Below, in pieces: positions 1 to 10,750 of a DNA stretch of 64,000 nucleotides (the first letter of the stretch is position 1; each line of letters begins with the position of its first letter). Origin of the DNA: an uncultured Gemmatimonadales bacterium (GTDB taxonomy: Bacteria; Gemmatimonadota; Gemmatimonadetes; Gemmatimonadales; GWC2-71-9); NCBI GenBank assembly GCA_963771275.1, contig CAVYSW010000011.1, positions 32,001 through 96,000 on the forward strand. The letters are read 5' to 3'. The notes under the pieces were generated by a model. That model saw only the letters and a program-made list of their open reading frames with translations. It did not search any database and was not told the origin of the DNA. A program made the position numbers and the translations under genes.

Positions 1-443
1 ACGCTGACCGGCGTCTCGCCAACGCTTGCTTCGCCGCCGGCGCGCACGGATTCCTGCCGAAGGACGCCGGCCGTGCGGAACTCCTCACGGCCATCTCGGA
101 CGTGTTGGCGGGCCGGCGGTACCTCTCGCCCCGCATCCCGAAGACGAGCCATCGGGTCGGCCTCGCCGCTCAGCATCTTGGGTTCGAACGGCTGACGCCT
201 CGCGAAGAGGAGGTCGTGCTCCTGCTGGGTGCCGGACGCAAGCCCATCGAGATCGCTCATACCCTCGGCGTCAGTCCCAGCACGGTGACGTTCCACCTGC
301 AGCATGCCGTGCGGGTGCTGGGTGTCACGACCGAAGGCAACCTGGTCCGCCTGGCCGTGCTGCTCGCCGCCGACAATGATCCACCCGTGGAAGCGGCCTC
401 CGACCCTACCCACGCCTTGCCAACGTCGCCGCTCCCTGCGTAG
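1..443 (+). CDS. NarL/FixJ-family response regulator (end of receiver domain + LuxR HTH), 5'-truncated by window edge
   Basis: Frame open from base 3: ...AGAHGFLPKDAGRAELLTAISDVLAGRRYLSP then LTPREEEVVLLLGAGRKPIEIAHTLGVSPSTVTFHL (LuxR HTH pattern). Confidence 0.85.
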   Translation, partial: ADRRLANACFAAGAHGFLPKDAGRAELLTAISDVLAGRRYLSPRIPKTSHRVGLAAQHLGFERLTPREEEVVLLLGAGRKPIEIAHTLGVSPSTVTFHLQHAVRVLGVTTEGNLVRLAVLLAADNDPPVEAASDPTHALPTSPLPA

Positions 444-458
444 CATTGCTCGTGTAGT

Positions 459-484
459 CCGACCGAAACTGCACGAACTGCACG
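459..484 (+). repeat. Left copy of an inverted-repeat pair containing tandem (AACTGCACR)x2
   Basis: CCGACCGAAACTGCACGAACTGCACG; near reverse complement of 962-986. Confidence 0.75.
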
Positions 485-542
485 CCGGCGGGTCGGGCCG
501 TGACCCGCGCCCGGCGCCACCAAGTCTCCCGGGACGGTTGCC

Positions 543-926
543 CTGCCCGTCCCGGTTCTGCGTGGCACCATCGAGCGCGAGCTGACGACCCTCTCGCTGC
601 GCCAGGCGGCCCGGGAGATCGGCGTGAGCCCCAACGCGCTGCGCAACTTCGTGCGCGGCGCCCAGCCCCGTGCCACGACGCGCGCCCGACTCGAACGCTG
701 GCTCGCGGGACGTGCAGGCGCCCCCTCCCCGGCGAGCGTGTCCACCATCGTGCGGCTCTTGGGCGAGGTGTCGCCCGACCTCTCCCCGCGCGAGACGGCA
801 GTCATCGGTCGCGATCTCACCGAATCCATCCTCGCCGCCTACCACCGGCGCCGGCTTCCGCCACCCCGCTGGGTCCGCGAGCTGGCCCGCCACTACCGCA
901 CCGACGACCCCTCCCCGTCCTCTTGA
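543..926 (+). CDS. Small XRE/Cro-like helix-turn-helix protein (start uncertain)
   Basis: The frame of ORF 624-926 extends upstream: LRGTIERELTTLSLRQAAREIGVSPNALRNFVRGAQPRATTRARLERW (HTH pattern). No ATG/GTG between the stop at 501 and 624, so a CTG start or an indel after GTG 500. Confidence 0.6.
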   Translation: MPVPVLRGTIERELTTLSLRQAAREIGVSPNALRNFVRGAQPRATTRARLERWLAGRAGAPSPASVSTIVRLLGEVSPDLSPRETAVIGRDLTESILAAYHRRRLPPPRWVRELARHYRTDDPSPSS

Positions 927-961
927 CTCGGCGCCCGCGCCGAGCGTATGCTCGGCGGGAT

Positions 962-986
962 CGTGCAGTTTGTGCAGTTCAGTCGG
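962..986 (-). repeat. Right copy of the inverted-repeat pair
   Basis: CGTGCAGTTTGTGCAGTTCAGTCGG; reverse complement CCGACTGAACTGCACAAACTGCACG. Confidence 0.75.
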
Positions 987-1009
987 GTCGGCGGGAGGGG
1001 ACCGAGCTC

Positions 1010-1392
1010 ATGAGCGATGGGCGCCAGCTTCACATCCTCCTCGCCGAGGATGATCGCGGGGTCCGTCAGGTCCTCGAGCGGTTCCTCCGGCTCAAGGACT
1101 GCCACGTGGTCGCCGTGCCCGACGGGGTCGCGGCGCTCGCGGCCCTGGACGGCGACCGACTTCGACGTCGTGATCAGCGACGTCGCCATGCCGATCGTGA
1201 ACGGGATCCAGCTGTGGCGCGAGGCCTGCAAGCGCGCGCCCGCATCTCCGAGCGCGGTGGATCTTCTTGAGCGCCTGGCACGAGTCCGAAGTGCCGGAGG
1301 GCGCCCAGGCCCGGTTCCTCCAGAAGCCGGTGGAGCTCGGCGCCGTGTGGTCGGTGGTGAGCGAGATCGCCGGCGACCGCGGCGCGCCGTAG
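1010..1392 (+). CDS. Single-domain response regulator receiver (CheY-like), two apparent frameshifts
   Basis: MSDGRQLHILLAEDDRGVR... / FDVVISDVAMPIVNG... / WIFLSAW...FLQKPVEL spread over three frames; acidic pocket, phospho-Asp and KP motifs all present. Confidence 0.8.
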
Positions 1393-1560
1393 GAGAACTC
1401 CGCACAAGTCTCGCGGGGGGGGGCCCTCCGCCCGCTGAAGTTCGCAAGTGGGGCAGGCTGGTTGCCCGGGCACCGCTCACTTGCGCGTTCTCTGGGACCC
1501 CCGCTGGCGACTGGCGCAGAGCATCGTCAAGTCGGCGAAGCGCCACGACGCCTCAAGGTC

Positions 1561-1588
1561 CATCGGCCATCGGCCGTCGGCTGTCGGC
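1561..1588. repeat. Heptamer tandem array (YRTCGGC)x4
   Basis: CATCGGC CATCGGC CGTCGGC TGTCGGC directly after the M1 peptidase stop. Confidence 0.7.
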
Positions 1589-3668
1589 TAGCTCCGACAG
1601 GCCACTCCACCGAACACCGCGGCCATCGGGTTCGCCGCTTGCGCCGCCGCGGCCGTGGTGTCCCTCGGCCACACGTTGTCGGTCACATCCCGATCGGGAA
1701 ACCGGCAGCCGGGATCGAGCGTGATCTTCTCGATCTTCCGCGCCCCGAAGTCGAGCACCGCCTGGAACGTGCGCCTCCCGCCGAACCACACGTCCACCGG
1801 GTAGGTCACGATCGCCGAAAGGCTGTCCACCATCGACGCTGTTCGGCATCGGCCGGATGGCCGGGCCCTGCGCCGCGAACCGCACCTTGAGCACCACCGG
1901 TGAGGGCATCTGGCCGTCCTGCCGGACGGTGACCGTCGTACGGTTCCCCGCGGTCGCCACCTGCTGGATCGAGCCGTCCACCGACTCCGTGGTGAACAGC
2001 CAGTAGTACCAGAACCAGCCGAGGTCGCGCTGCAGCGCGTTGCTCATGAAGAACGCGTAGTCCCACGGCGACGGGTGCTTGAACCGCCACGCCTTGGCGT
2101 ACTCGCTCATCGCGCGCCACACCGCCGTGTCGCCCACGATCGCCGCCCGAGCATCGAGAGCATCATCGGCGCCTTGCCGTACGCCTGGAACGAGTACATC
2201 GGCCCGCCGTAGTTGGCGTCCCACATCAGCGGCGCCTCGCGCTCGTCGCCGCTGATCCGGCCGTACGCCTGGCCCGGCCCGTCGAGGTTGGCCGGCTGGC
2301 CCCGCCGGTCCTGGCCCGACAGGATGTTCATGTACTGGTTGAAGCCCTCATCCATGAAGCCGTACCAGGTCTCGTTCGTGCCCGACCATCATCGGCCACC
2401 ACTCGTGGCCGGTCTCGTGGTCCGCCGCGCCGACCCCCGACATGATGAACATCGGGTATTCCATGCCGCCGTCCGGACCGTCCACGATGGTGAGCTGCGG
2501 GAAGGCGTACGGCATCCAGAGGCGCGAGTAGAACTCGAGCGCGTGGCGCACGATCGGCCCCGCCTGGGCGTACGCCTGGGCGTGACCCGGGAGGTACAGG
2601 ACGTTGACCGGGACCAGCCCGCCACCGGGGATGGTGGCACGGGTGGCGTCCCACACGTACTGGTTGGACGTCGCCCACGCGAAGTCGCCCGCCGTGTCGG
2701 CGACGAAGTGCCACTGCAGTCGGTCGCCCGGCGGCCGTGGACCGTCCGGGCCCGCGCTCGCCGGCGCTGACGATCGAACGGACCGAGTCCGACTCGAGCA
2801 CGTGGGACAGGCGCTCACGCGTCGTCGGGGTGAGGACGTCCTCGGGGTTCTGCAGCACGCCGGTGGCGCCCACGATCCAGCCGGCCGGCACGTCGAGCGT
2901 GACGTCGAACCGGCCGAAGTTGTTGTAGAACTCCGACGCCCCCAGATACGGATCGGTGTCCCACCCGCCGTCCCGCAGGTCGTCGAACACCGCGACCCGC
3001 GGGTACCACTGGGCCACCTGGTAGAGGCTGTCCGCCCAGCGGCCCATGCGCATGCCGCGCTCACCCTCGGCGGCGGGCACCCGGAAGCTCCAGTCGACCT
3101 CGAGTCTGGCGCTGTCGTGCGCCGCAACCGGCGTCGGCAGCGTGATGCGGGCCGCGGTCTGCGTGATGCCATACGCGGCGAGCCGGACCTGCGGCGCAGG
3201 GCCTCCACGAAAGCCCCGCACGCGGGGCGGGTTCAGGTCCACGGAATCGCCGTTGACGGTGAGGCGGCTCACCAGCATCCCGTCGGTGATCTCGGGAACC
3301 ATCTCCGCGCGCGGCTCGTTGGCCGCGAAGATGTTCTGGTCGAGCCGGAGCTGGATGCTCGTCATCGCCGAGTCGCTGGTGTTGTGCACCATGGCGGTCT
3401 CGTGGCCCGTGAGCATACCCGTGGCCGGATCGAGCCGGGCCCGGATCGTGTAGTCCATCCAGAGCTGCCAGTAATTCCGACCGGGGCGGCCCGTCGAGTC
3501 GCGCGTGCCCGCCGCGAAGGCGCGGCGGATCATGTTGGTGAGCGGGATGTCGCGGCGGATCGCTCGCGGAGGGGCTCCGGGTCTCGTGGCCGTCTGCGCC
3601 ACGCCGCGCGCGGCAGGGGCCACTGCGCCGCAGACGGCGGCGAGCACAACGAACAGGCGAGCGTGCAT
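1588..3668 (-). CDS. Exported M1-family zinc metallopeptidase, split by ~4 frameshifts
   Basis: Signal peptide MHARLFVVLAAV..., AQWYPR, GMEYP, HETGHEWWPMMVG (HExxH), WMDEGFN, AYGK across ORFs 2328-3791, 2348-3208, 2107-2355, 1553-2224, 1588-1833. Confidence 0.85.
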
Positions 3669-3897
3669 CGGGACTCCGAGGAGATGAATGGGTGAGGCGC
3701 GCGCCGGCGTCGCCTCGATCGACGGATACCCCGTTCGCCACCCGGCGATCCAGCGGGACCGAATCGTGCATGGGGGCCGTGAGACCGTCAACCGTTCAGG
3801 CGCTGGACCGGATGACGCCCGCTTGCGCTACCGGCGAGCCGCTCTCACCTTCTCCGGTTCACGACCCCGGTGGTCCCAGCCCCGAGGGAGGCGCTCG

Positions 3898-4557
3898 ATG
3901 TTCATCGGTCATACCGCCGTGGCGCTCGCCGCCAAGGCAACGGCGCGCGACCGATCGCTCGGCCTGCTCCTGGCCGCGGCGTTCGGCCTGGATCTGCTGT
4001 GGCCCCTGCTGCTGCTCGCGGGCGTCGAGCGGGTGAGGATCGCGCCCGGCGACACCGCGTTCAACCCGCTCGCGTTCGAATCCTACCCGTGGTCTCACAG
4101 CCTGCTCATGGTGCTGGTGTGGGGTGCGCTGGCCGCGGCGCTGGTCGCGCGGACCCGGGCGGGCTGGGGCTTCGCGCTGCTGATCGGCGCGCTGGTGGTG
4201 AGCCACTGGGTGCTCGATTTCATCTCCCATCGCCCTGATCTGCCGCTGTGGCCCGGTGGCCCGGTCCGTGTCGGGCTCGGCCTGTGGAACTCCATTCCGG
4301 CAACGTACGTCGTGGAGGGCGGCCTGTTCCTCGCCGGCCTGGCGGTGTATCTCCGGACCTGCCGGCCGCGTGACTGGGTGGGCCGGCTGGCGTTCGGAGG
4401 CCTCCTGGGGCTCTCGGTGCTGATGTGGGCGGGCATCCCGTGGTCGCCACCACCACCGGGCGTGCGAGCGCTCGCGTGGTTCGGGATGGCGAGCTGGCTC
4501 CTGATTGCGTGGGGCTGGTGGGCGGATCGGCACTGGGAGCCGCGCACCGCGGCCTGA
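3898..4557 (+). CDS. Membrane-bound metal-dependent hydrolase-like protein (YdjM-like)
   Basis: MFIGH..., YPWSHSL, VVSHWVLDFISHRPDLPL motifs; several TM helices. Confidence 0.75.
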   Translation: MFIGHTAVALAAKATARDRSLGLLLAAAFGLDLLWPLLLLAGVERVRIAPGDTAFNPLAFESYPWSHSLLMVLVWGALAAALVARTRAGWGFALLIGALVVSHWVLDFISHRPDLPLWPGGPVRVGLGLWNSIPATYVVEGGLFLAGLAVYLRTCRPRDWVGRLAFGGLLGLSVLMWAGIPWSPPPPGVRALAWFGMASWLLIAWGWWADRHWEPRTAA

Positions 4558-4559
4558 GC

Positions 4560-4980
4560 GTGACCGCCCTGCGGGAGCGCCTGGCCGCGGTCCTCGGGGA
4601 CCGCTACCGCATCGAGTCCGAGCTCGGGCGCGGCGGGATGGCGTTCGTGTTTCGCGCGCACGACATGAAGCACGATCGCCCGGTCGCGGTCAAGGTGCTC
4701 CGCCCCGATCTCGCCTCGGCCGAGACCGGCGCCGAGCGCTTCCTGCAGGAGATTCGGATGGTGGCGCGCCTCACGCATCCGCACATCCTGCCGCTGCACG
4801 ACTCCGGTCACCGCGATGGCCTGCTGTACTACGTCATGCCGCTCGTGGGCGAGTCGCTGCGCGACCGGCTGAAGCGCGAGGGCCGACTCCCGGCGGAGGC
4901 GGCCGTGCGCATCGCCTGCGCCGTGGCCGAGGCGCTCGGCCACGCGCACGCGCAAGGCGTGCTCCACCGGGACGTCAACG
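4560..4980 (+). pseudogene. Truncated Hanks-type Ser/Thr protein kinase (N-lobe to HRD only)
   Basis: YRIESELGRGGMAFVF, VAVKVL, HPHILPLHD, GVLHRDV, then similarity stops; no KPxN, DFG or APE; frame reads on antisense to the next gene. Confidence 0.8.
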
Positions 4981-4985
4981 CCGCC

Positions 4986-5261
4986 CTAAGCGCCCGCGGC
5001 CCGGTTGCCGCCGGCGAGCGTGTTGTACAGCCAGCCGAGTACCAGCCCGGCGATCGCGCCGTCCAGCACGGCGTACAGGGTCACCACAAGCACCGACCCG
5101 AAGCCGGCGGGGCCGTGGTACCCGGGGTAGATCGATGCGCCGAGCTGGAGCCATGCATCCCCGTAGGGCGGGAATACCAGATTGGCCAGTCCGACCAGCA
5201 GGAAGCAGCCACCCCAGAGGATGGCCGCCGTCAGCGTGAGAGCTTTGGTGTTCAGGGCCAT
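4986..5261 (-). CDS. Small two-TM membrane protein (resembles a family often labelled bacteriophage holin-like)
   Basis: MALNTKALTLTAAILWGG...SIYPGY...DGAIAGLVLGWLYN; 91 aa, hydrophobic. Confidence 0.65.
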   Translation of the reverse strand: MALNTKALTLTAAILWGGCFLLVGLANLVFPPYGDAWLQLGASIYPGYHGPAGFGSVLVVTLYAVLDGAIAGLVLGWLYNTLAGGNRAAGA

Positions 5262-5407
5262 GGGACACGCTCCGGATTGGGACTGGCGGAGAATGTACCG
5301 CCGGCGCCAATTGGCCGCGAACAGCTGGCGTCGCTCCTCAGCGGCCCGGCGCCCCCGTGCGTATGCAGTCGAAGGCGCCACAGACCCTTCCTGACTTCGA
5401 GGCACGC

Positions 5408-8143
5408 ATGACCCGATCCCGCTTCTTCGGCAGACCAGCAATCGGTCTCCTCGTGCTGGTGCTCCTCTCGGTGGGCCGCCCGCTCGGGGCGCAGCAACCC
5501 GACTCCACCCGGCTCGTCGCCGACCGCGAGGTGCTGGCTGCCGAGCGGTACGTGCAGCCGCCGGCGGAGATCGTCAATCTGGTGACCGCCCCGCGCTACA
5601 AGAACGTCGCGCTCACACAGCCGAGTCCCGACCGGCGGCATTTCCTCACGGAGGAGAGCGAGGGCCTGCCGAGCCTCGCCCGGTTCGGCAAGCCGCACTA
5701 CTACTTCGGCGGCCTGCAGGTGGACTTCCGGGCCAATCGGGCGCGTGCGCTCACGACGCGAGGGGCGGCGGGTTTGCAGTTGATCGACGCCGCGACGGGG
5801 CGGTCCACGGCGATCGAGACCCCGGCCGGCGCCAGCGTGACCGCCCCGACGTGGTCCCCCGACGGGCAGCTCGCCTACATCGCGAACTTCGACGCCGCCT
5901 CGCACGTCTATGTCGCCGATATCGCGACGGGCAAGTCGCGGCAGGTGACGCGGACACCGCTCCTGGCCACGCTCGTGACGTCGATTGACTGGACGGCTGA
6001 CGGACGAAGCCTCGTCGCGGTGCTGCTGCCCGACCCGCGCGGACCGCCCCCCGCGCGCCCCGCGGTCGCCGATGGCCCGCTCGTGCGGACTTGGATGGAC
6101 AGCCTCAAGTCGCCGCAGCGGAACTATGCGAGTCTGCTCGACGATCCGTTCGATCAGGCGCTGATGACGTACTACGTCACGGGCCAGCTCGCCCTGATCG
6201 ACGTCCGCACGCGTGCCGTGCGCAAGATCGGCGCGCCCGCCATGATCACCAGCGTCGACGCCTCACCCGACGGGCAGTACCTCCGCGTCACCACGATGCA
6301 GCAGCCGTTCTCGTACGTCGTGCAGTACAACAGCTTCGGCACGACTGAAGAGCTGTGGGACGCGAGCGGGAAGGTGCTGGCCGAGATCACCAAGCGGCCG
6401 CTGCGCCTGGCGCGCGATACCAGCGACACGCCGGGGCCGGGCGGCGCCGGCCCGAGCGAGGGCGCCAAGCGTGGGCTCGCCTGGATGCCCCAGGGTCCCG
6501 GACTCTACTATCTCGAGGCGGTACCCTCCGCGCGACGCGGTGGAGATTCCGCGGGCGCCGGGGCGGGAGGAGCGGCGGGGGCGGCAGGGGCGGCAGGAGG
6601 CCGGCGTGGAACCGGGGGACCGGGCGGCGCCGCGCGTCCCGACCGCATCATGCAGTGGCTGCCCCCGTTCGGCCCGGGCGACACGACGGTGCTCTACAAG
6701 AGCGACGGCCCGATCAGCCAGGTCGCCTTCACGGACGACGGCAAGACCGTGTTCGTCGCCACCAGCGCCAGCGGCACGGGCGAGATCTTCGGCGTGAGCC
6801 TCGCCGAGCCGGGCACCAAGCACGTGGTCGTGCGGCAGCGCGGCTACACGCCCTCGTTCACCGGCGACGGCGGGCGCGGCTTCGGCGGGGGATTCGGACG
6901 CCGAGGCGGCGCGGACGACTCGCTGTCGTTCTACGACAACCCGGGGGCGATGCTGACGCGTCGCGGGAGCCTGGGTGGTAGGGTCGCGATAGTTTCGTCG
7001 GACGGCGCGGTCTATCTCCAGGGCATCCAGTACTTCAGGGACTGGGAGCAGCACGCGCCGCGGCCGTTCGTGGACAAGGTCGAGCTCGCGACCGGCACCA
7101 AGACGCGCCTGCTGGATGGTGCGGAGGACGTGTCGGAGACGATCGGCACGGTGCTCGACGACGACTTCACGCAGGTGATCGTGACGCGCGAGTCACCGAC
7201 CCAGGTGCCCGACGCGTATCTCAAGGACGTGAAGAGCGGATCGCTCACCAAGCTCACCAGCAACACCGACTACACGCCGAACTTCACGCGCGCCATCCGC
7301 AGGCGGATCACGGTGACGCGGGCCGACGGCACTCACTTCCTCGTGAACCTCACGCTGCCGCCGGACTATCAGGCCGGCACGCGGCTCCCGGCGATGTTCT
7401 GGTTCTACCCGTACGAGTACACCGACCAGGGCGGCTACGACCGCACGCTGCGCACCGAGAACATCAACCGGTTCCCCACAGCGGGCGCGCGCACGATCGA
7501 GTACCTCGTCACGCAGGGCTACGCGGTGGCCAATTTCAATCCGCCGATCGTGGGTGAGACCGGCCGGATGAACGACAACTACGTGTCCGACCTGCAGATG
7601 AACCTGATCGCCGTGATCGACGAGCTTGACCGCCAGGGCTACATCGACCGCACGCGGCTGGGGATCGGCGGGCACAGCTACGGAGCGTTCAGCACCGCCA
7701 ACGCGATGGTCCACACGCCGTACTTCAAGGCGGGCATCGCGGGCGACGGCATGTACAATCGGACGCTCACCCCCACGGGCTTCCAGAACGAGCGCCGCGA
7801 CCTGTGGAGCGGCCAGAAGACCTACTTCGATATGTCGCCGTTCCTCTCGGCCGACAAGCTGCAGGGCGCGCTGCTGATGTACCACTCGCTCGAGGACCAG
7901 AATGTCGGCACCGACCCGATCAGCTCGATCCGGATGATGCAGGCGCTCCGGGCCTACGGGAAGACGGCGGCGCTGTTCATGTACCCGTATGAAGACCATG
8001 GGCCGGCGGCACGGGAGACGATCCTCGATCAGTGGGCCCGCTGGGTGGCCTGGCTCGACATCTACGTCAAGCACGCGGGCGAGGGGATCCCAAAACCCGC
8101 AGAGGGCGTGGCCGATGTGCCCTCGGGGTCGACGCGGCGGTAG
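5408..8143 (+). CDS. Exported S9 prolyl-oligopeptidase-family serine peptidase (beta-propeller + alpha/beta hydrolase)
   Basis: Signal peptide, WSPDG repeats, GIGGHSYGAF nucleophile, DQNV and EDHG triad residues. Confidence 0.9.
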   Translation: MTRSRFFGRPAIGLLVLVLLSVGRPLGAQQPDSTRLVADREVLAAERYVQPPAEIVNLVTAPRYKNVALTQPSPDRRHFLTEESEGLPSLARFGKPHYYFGGLQVDFRANRARALTTRGAAGLQLIDAATGRSTAIETPAGASVTAPTWSPDGQLAYIANFDAASHVYVADIATGKSRQVTRTPLLATLVTSIDWTADGRSLVAVLLPDPRGPPPARPAVADGPLVRTWMDSLKSPQRNYASLLDDPFDQALMTYYVTGQLALIDVRTRAVRKIGAPAMITSVDASPDGQYLRVTTMQQPFSYVVQYNSFGTTEELWDASGKVLAEITKRPLRLARDTSDTPGPGGAGPSEGAKRGLAWMPQGPGLYYLEAVPSARRGGDSAGAGAGGAAGAAGAAGGRRGTGGPGGAARPDRIMQWLPPFGPGDTTVLYKSDGPISQVAFTDDGKTVFVATSASGTGEIFGVSLAEPGTKHVVVRQRGYTPSFTGDGGRGFGGGFGRRGGADDSLSFYDNPGAMLTRRGSLGGRVAIVSSDGAVYLQGIQYFRDWEQHAPRPFVDKVELATGTKTRLLDGAEDVSETIGTVLDDDFTQVIVTRESPTQVPDAYLKDVKSGSLTKLTSNTDYTPNFTRAIRRRITVTRADGTHFLVNLTLPPDYQAGTRLPAMFWFYPYEYTDQGGYDRTLRTENINRFPTAGARTIEYLVTQGYAVANFNPPIVGETGRMNDNYVSDLQMNLIAVIDELDRQGYIDRTRLGIGGHSYGAFSTANAMVHTPYFKAGIAGDGMYNRTLTPTGFQNERRDLWSGQKTYFDMSPFLSADKLQGALLMYHSLEDQNVGTDPISSIRMMQALRAYGKTAALFMYPYEDHGPAARETILDQWARWVAWLDIYVKHAGEGIPKPAEGVADVPSGSTRR

Positions 8144-8151
8144 CGGGGAGA

Positions 8152-8189
8152 GTGGGGGAGGAGACGCAGACTGAAGCGCCTCCTCCCCC
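8152..8189. terminator. Hairpin between convergent genes
   Basis: GGGGGAGGAG...CTCCTCCCCC inverted repeat. Confidence 0.5.
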
Positions 8190-8195
8190 GCGTCC

Positions 8196-8822
8196 TTACT
8201 TCACCTCCACGTCCACCGAGTCCACGCCAAAGTGCAGGAAGCCGTCCGTGTCCACCTCGGCGAACCGAATCCGAACGGTCTGCCCGGCGAACGCCGAGAG
8301 ATCCGCCGTGAGGTGGATGTAGCTCGTCACGACCGGGTCGGCGGGCTGCGACCGGTAGACGTTCAGCAGCACACCGGCCCCCACATCGGTCACCGACGCC
8401 GCGGGGTTCATCACGTCGACCCGAACCTGCTGGTTGCTCTCGCCCCCGTCGTGCGCCAGCCCGGCCGTCGCCGCGTTCACGAAGGTCACGTCACTCTGGA
8501 TGTAGATGATGGCCGTGAGCGTGACCGTCTTGTTGGGCGGCAGGATCACGTCCTGATAGAGCACGTGCGTGCCTGGGCCTCCCTGGTCAGTGATCGCGGC
8601 GTAGGAGCCCTCGGGCGGCGCCAGCACGGTGTCCGTGCTCACGGGCATCACGGTGTCGGCCGTGACGAGGAACCCCAAGGTGTCGCCGGCGTCAACCACG
8701 GTCCAGCTGATGAGGGTGCCCGACTCGAAACCCGCGTTCTGGATGAGGTGTAGCGGGGCGTCCGACCCGCATGCCGCGGCGACCAGCGCGGCGAGCGGCA
8801 GGACCGACAATTTACGGAGCAT
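8196..8822 (-). CDS. Lipoprotein with probable beta-sandwich / carbohydrate-binding-like domain
   Basis: Lipobox VAAAC; NAGFESG start and DLSAFAGQTVRIRF...GVDSV end typical of jelly-roll domains. Confidence 0.6.
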   Translation of the reverse strand: MLRKLSVLPLAALVAAACGSDAPLHLIQNAGFESGTLISWTVVDAGDTLGFLVTADTVMPVSTDTVLAPPEGSYAAITDQGGPGTHVLYQDVILPPNKTVTLTAIIYIQSDVTFVNAATAGLAHDGGESNQQVRVDVMNPAASVTDVGAGVLLNVYRSQPADPVVTSYIHLTADLSAFAGQTVRIRFAEVDTDGFLHFGVDSVDVEVK

Positions 8823-8978
8823 TGATTCCTCGGATGATCGGGATGGCATCAAACATGTGCTCCAGTACCCGGCGGCGCCAGAAAGCGACTCTGTCGGTTA
8901 TCGCCCCTTGGACGTGACTCAAACGCCTCGTGCCGGGATGAGCCCGCACGAGGCGTCGCGGTTCGAGGAATCGGGCCG

Positions 8979-9674
8979 CTATCGGCCGCTGTTGGCGTTC
9001 GCCACCGGTTGCGTCCGGTTGACGTAGCTCGCGATCGCGGCAATCTCCCCGGCGCCGAGCTTGAGATCCGGCATGCCCCACGCGTCGGGCTTGGCACGGT
9101 AGCGTGCCGGATCAGCCAGCTTGCCGGCGAGCCATTCAGCCGGGAACTGGCGCCCCGTGAGCGGCGGCCCAATGTCCAGGTCATGACGCGCGAGCATCTC
9201 GCGATCATCGCCCTTGGCGTGACAGGTGACGCACCCCTTCGACACGAAGAGCTGGCGTCCCCGGTCCTGCTCGGCTAACGGCGCGGGTGCGCGGCCCGCC
9301 GCAACGACGGGAATCGGCAGCAAGACAGACTCCGCCGCATGCCAGTTCGCATCGATCGTGAGGCGCGCCGCGCCCGTGTCCGGCGCGGTGACGGTCGCCT
9401 GGTACCGCCCCGGCGCGCCGGCCGCGATGGCTTTCACGCTGCTCCGCCCGAAGGCGAAGTGGGCGCCCCGCGGCTGGAGCGACACCGTAGGCGACAGGTC
9501 CGCCATCGGCGTCTGGCCGTGTTGGCGGACCATGAAGGTCAGGGTGGTCGGCTTGCCGGCCTCGAGGTACTCCGGCAGGCTCTCGATGGTGATGACGGCC
9601 CAGCCGCCGAACGCGGCCGGTGTGGCGGCGACCAGCAGGACGCCGATCGCCAGGATACCGATGATGCGTCGCAT
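8979..9674 (-). CDS. Exported protein: Ig-like (YtkA/FixH-like) domain + monoheme cytochrome c
   Basis: Signal peptide; GRQLFVSKGCVTCH...IGPPLT...WGMPDL (CxxCH plus distal Met). Confidence 0.75.
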   Translation of the reverse strand: MRRIIGILAIGVLLVAATPAAFGGWAVITIESLPEYLEAGKPTTLTFMVRQHGQTPMADLSPTVSLQPRGAHFAFGRSSVKAIAAGAPGRYQATVTAPDTGAARLTIDANWHAAESVLLPIPVVAAGRAPAPLAEQDRGRQLFVSKGCVTCHAKGDDREMLARHDLDIGPPLTGRQFPAEWLAGKLADPARYRAKPDAWGMPDLKLGAGEIAAIASYVNRTQPVANANSGR

Positions 9675-9689
9675 GGACCCCTCCCGTGG

Positions 9690-10750
9690 TCAGCGGATCA
9701 CGAACTCCCAGAGCCGCCGGCCGAGACGGGTCCACCACCCCTGGGCCTCCTCGGACCACATCGGGTTCAAGTCCCGCCGCCAGCGCTCGAGCATGGGACG
9801 GTCGAGCGCGAGGATTCCTTCCCTGGTCACGCCGTCGGGCGGCGGCGACAGCTGCGCGAGCCGGCTGTACACCCGTGCGCGCGGTGCCGGACCGACCCGC
9901 TGCAGCAAATGCCACAACGTTATGCCGCTCGTCTTGCGCAGCGTGACAGCGCCGAGTGGCACGGTCAGCGCGTCGAACACGACCTGGAGATCAGCCTGGG
10001 TGGCCGTTCCGTCGTCGAGCCGATGCAGCGCGTCGCGCGCGGCGGGCGGGAAACCCTGGGAATAGGGGGTGCCGGGCCGGCCGCCGACCTCGACCTCGGC
10101 CACGAGTCCCGCGGGCACCAGGGACACGACTCCCCCCCCTTCAACTCCACCCAGCCGGCCGTGACGCTCAGCCGGCTCGATCCCGTGGTGTCGACGTCGA
10201 GGACGTAGGCGCAGCCGAGGTCGGTGGCGCGCGCCGACGGCGTCTCGACGACGAACAGCCGGGGTGGCGCCGCGACCACCGCGTGGAGCGAGCCCTGCTG
10301 AACGGTGAGCCGGTGTTCCGTGAAGCCGCGATCGAGCCGCACGCGGCTGTTGGGGCCCACTTCCACCGTGCCGATCCGGCCTACCGTGAGCCGGGCGCGC
10401 GAGGTCGAGTCGGTGACGAGCCACTCGCCGGCGGCGAGGTCCCCCGTCCGGGCCAGGGCCGTTCCGTTTACCGCGGGGCTGCCCGCCAGCGCCTGCACCA
10501 CCCAGCGGGACGGTGCCCGGAAGGAACGCAGCGTGCCCACCAGGGAGCCGCCCACGACGGCGAGCAGCAGGACGGCCGCCGCGAGCCAGGAGGGCACCGT
10601 GCGTCGGATCAACGGGACCGCGGCCGGCGCTCGCGGCGCGTCCAACTCAGCCCGGATCGCGGTCCACATCGCCTCCGGCGCGGGCGCGTGCCACAGTGGG
10701 AGATGGCGGAGCATCCGCTCCGCCTCCCATCGGTCAGGCGTCGGTGACAT
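9690..10750 (-). CDS. FecR-domain transmembrane anti-sigma factor, frameshift at a C-run near 10135
   Basis: One TM (WLAAAVLLLAVVGG), GEWLVTDSTSRARL, FVVETPSARATDLGC, VTAGWVEL; overlaps the ECF gene end. Confidence 0.75.

Noticed and set aside
4986..5261. Holin-like gene as evidence of a prophage
   Set aside because: No endolysin, structural, integrase or replication genes nearby.
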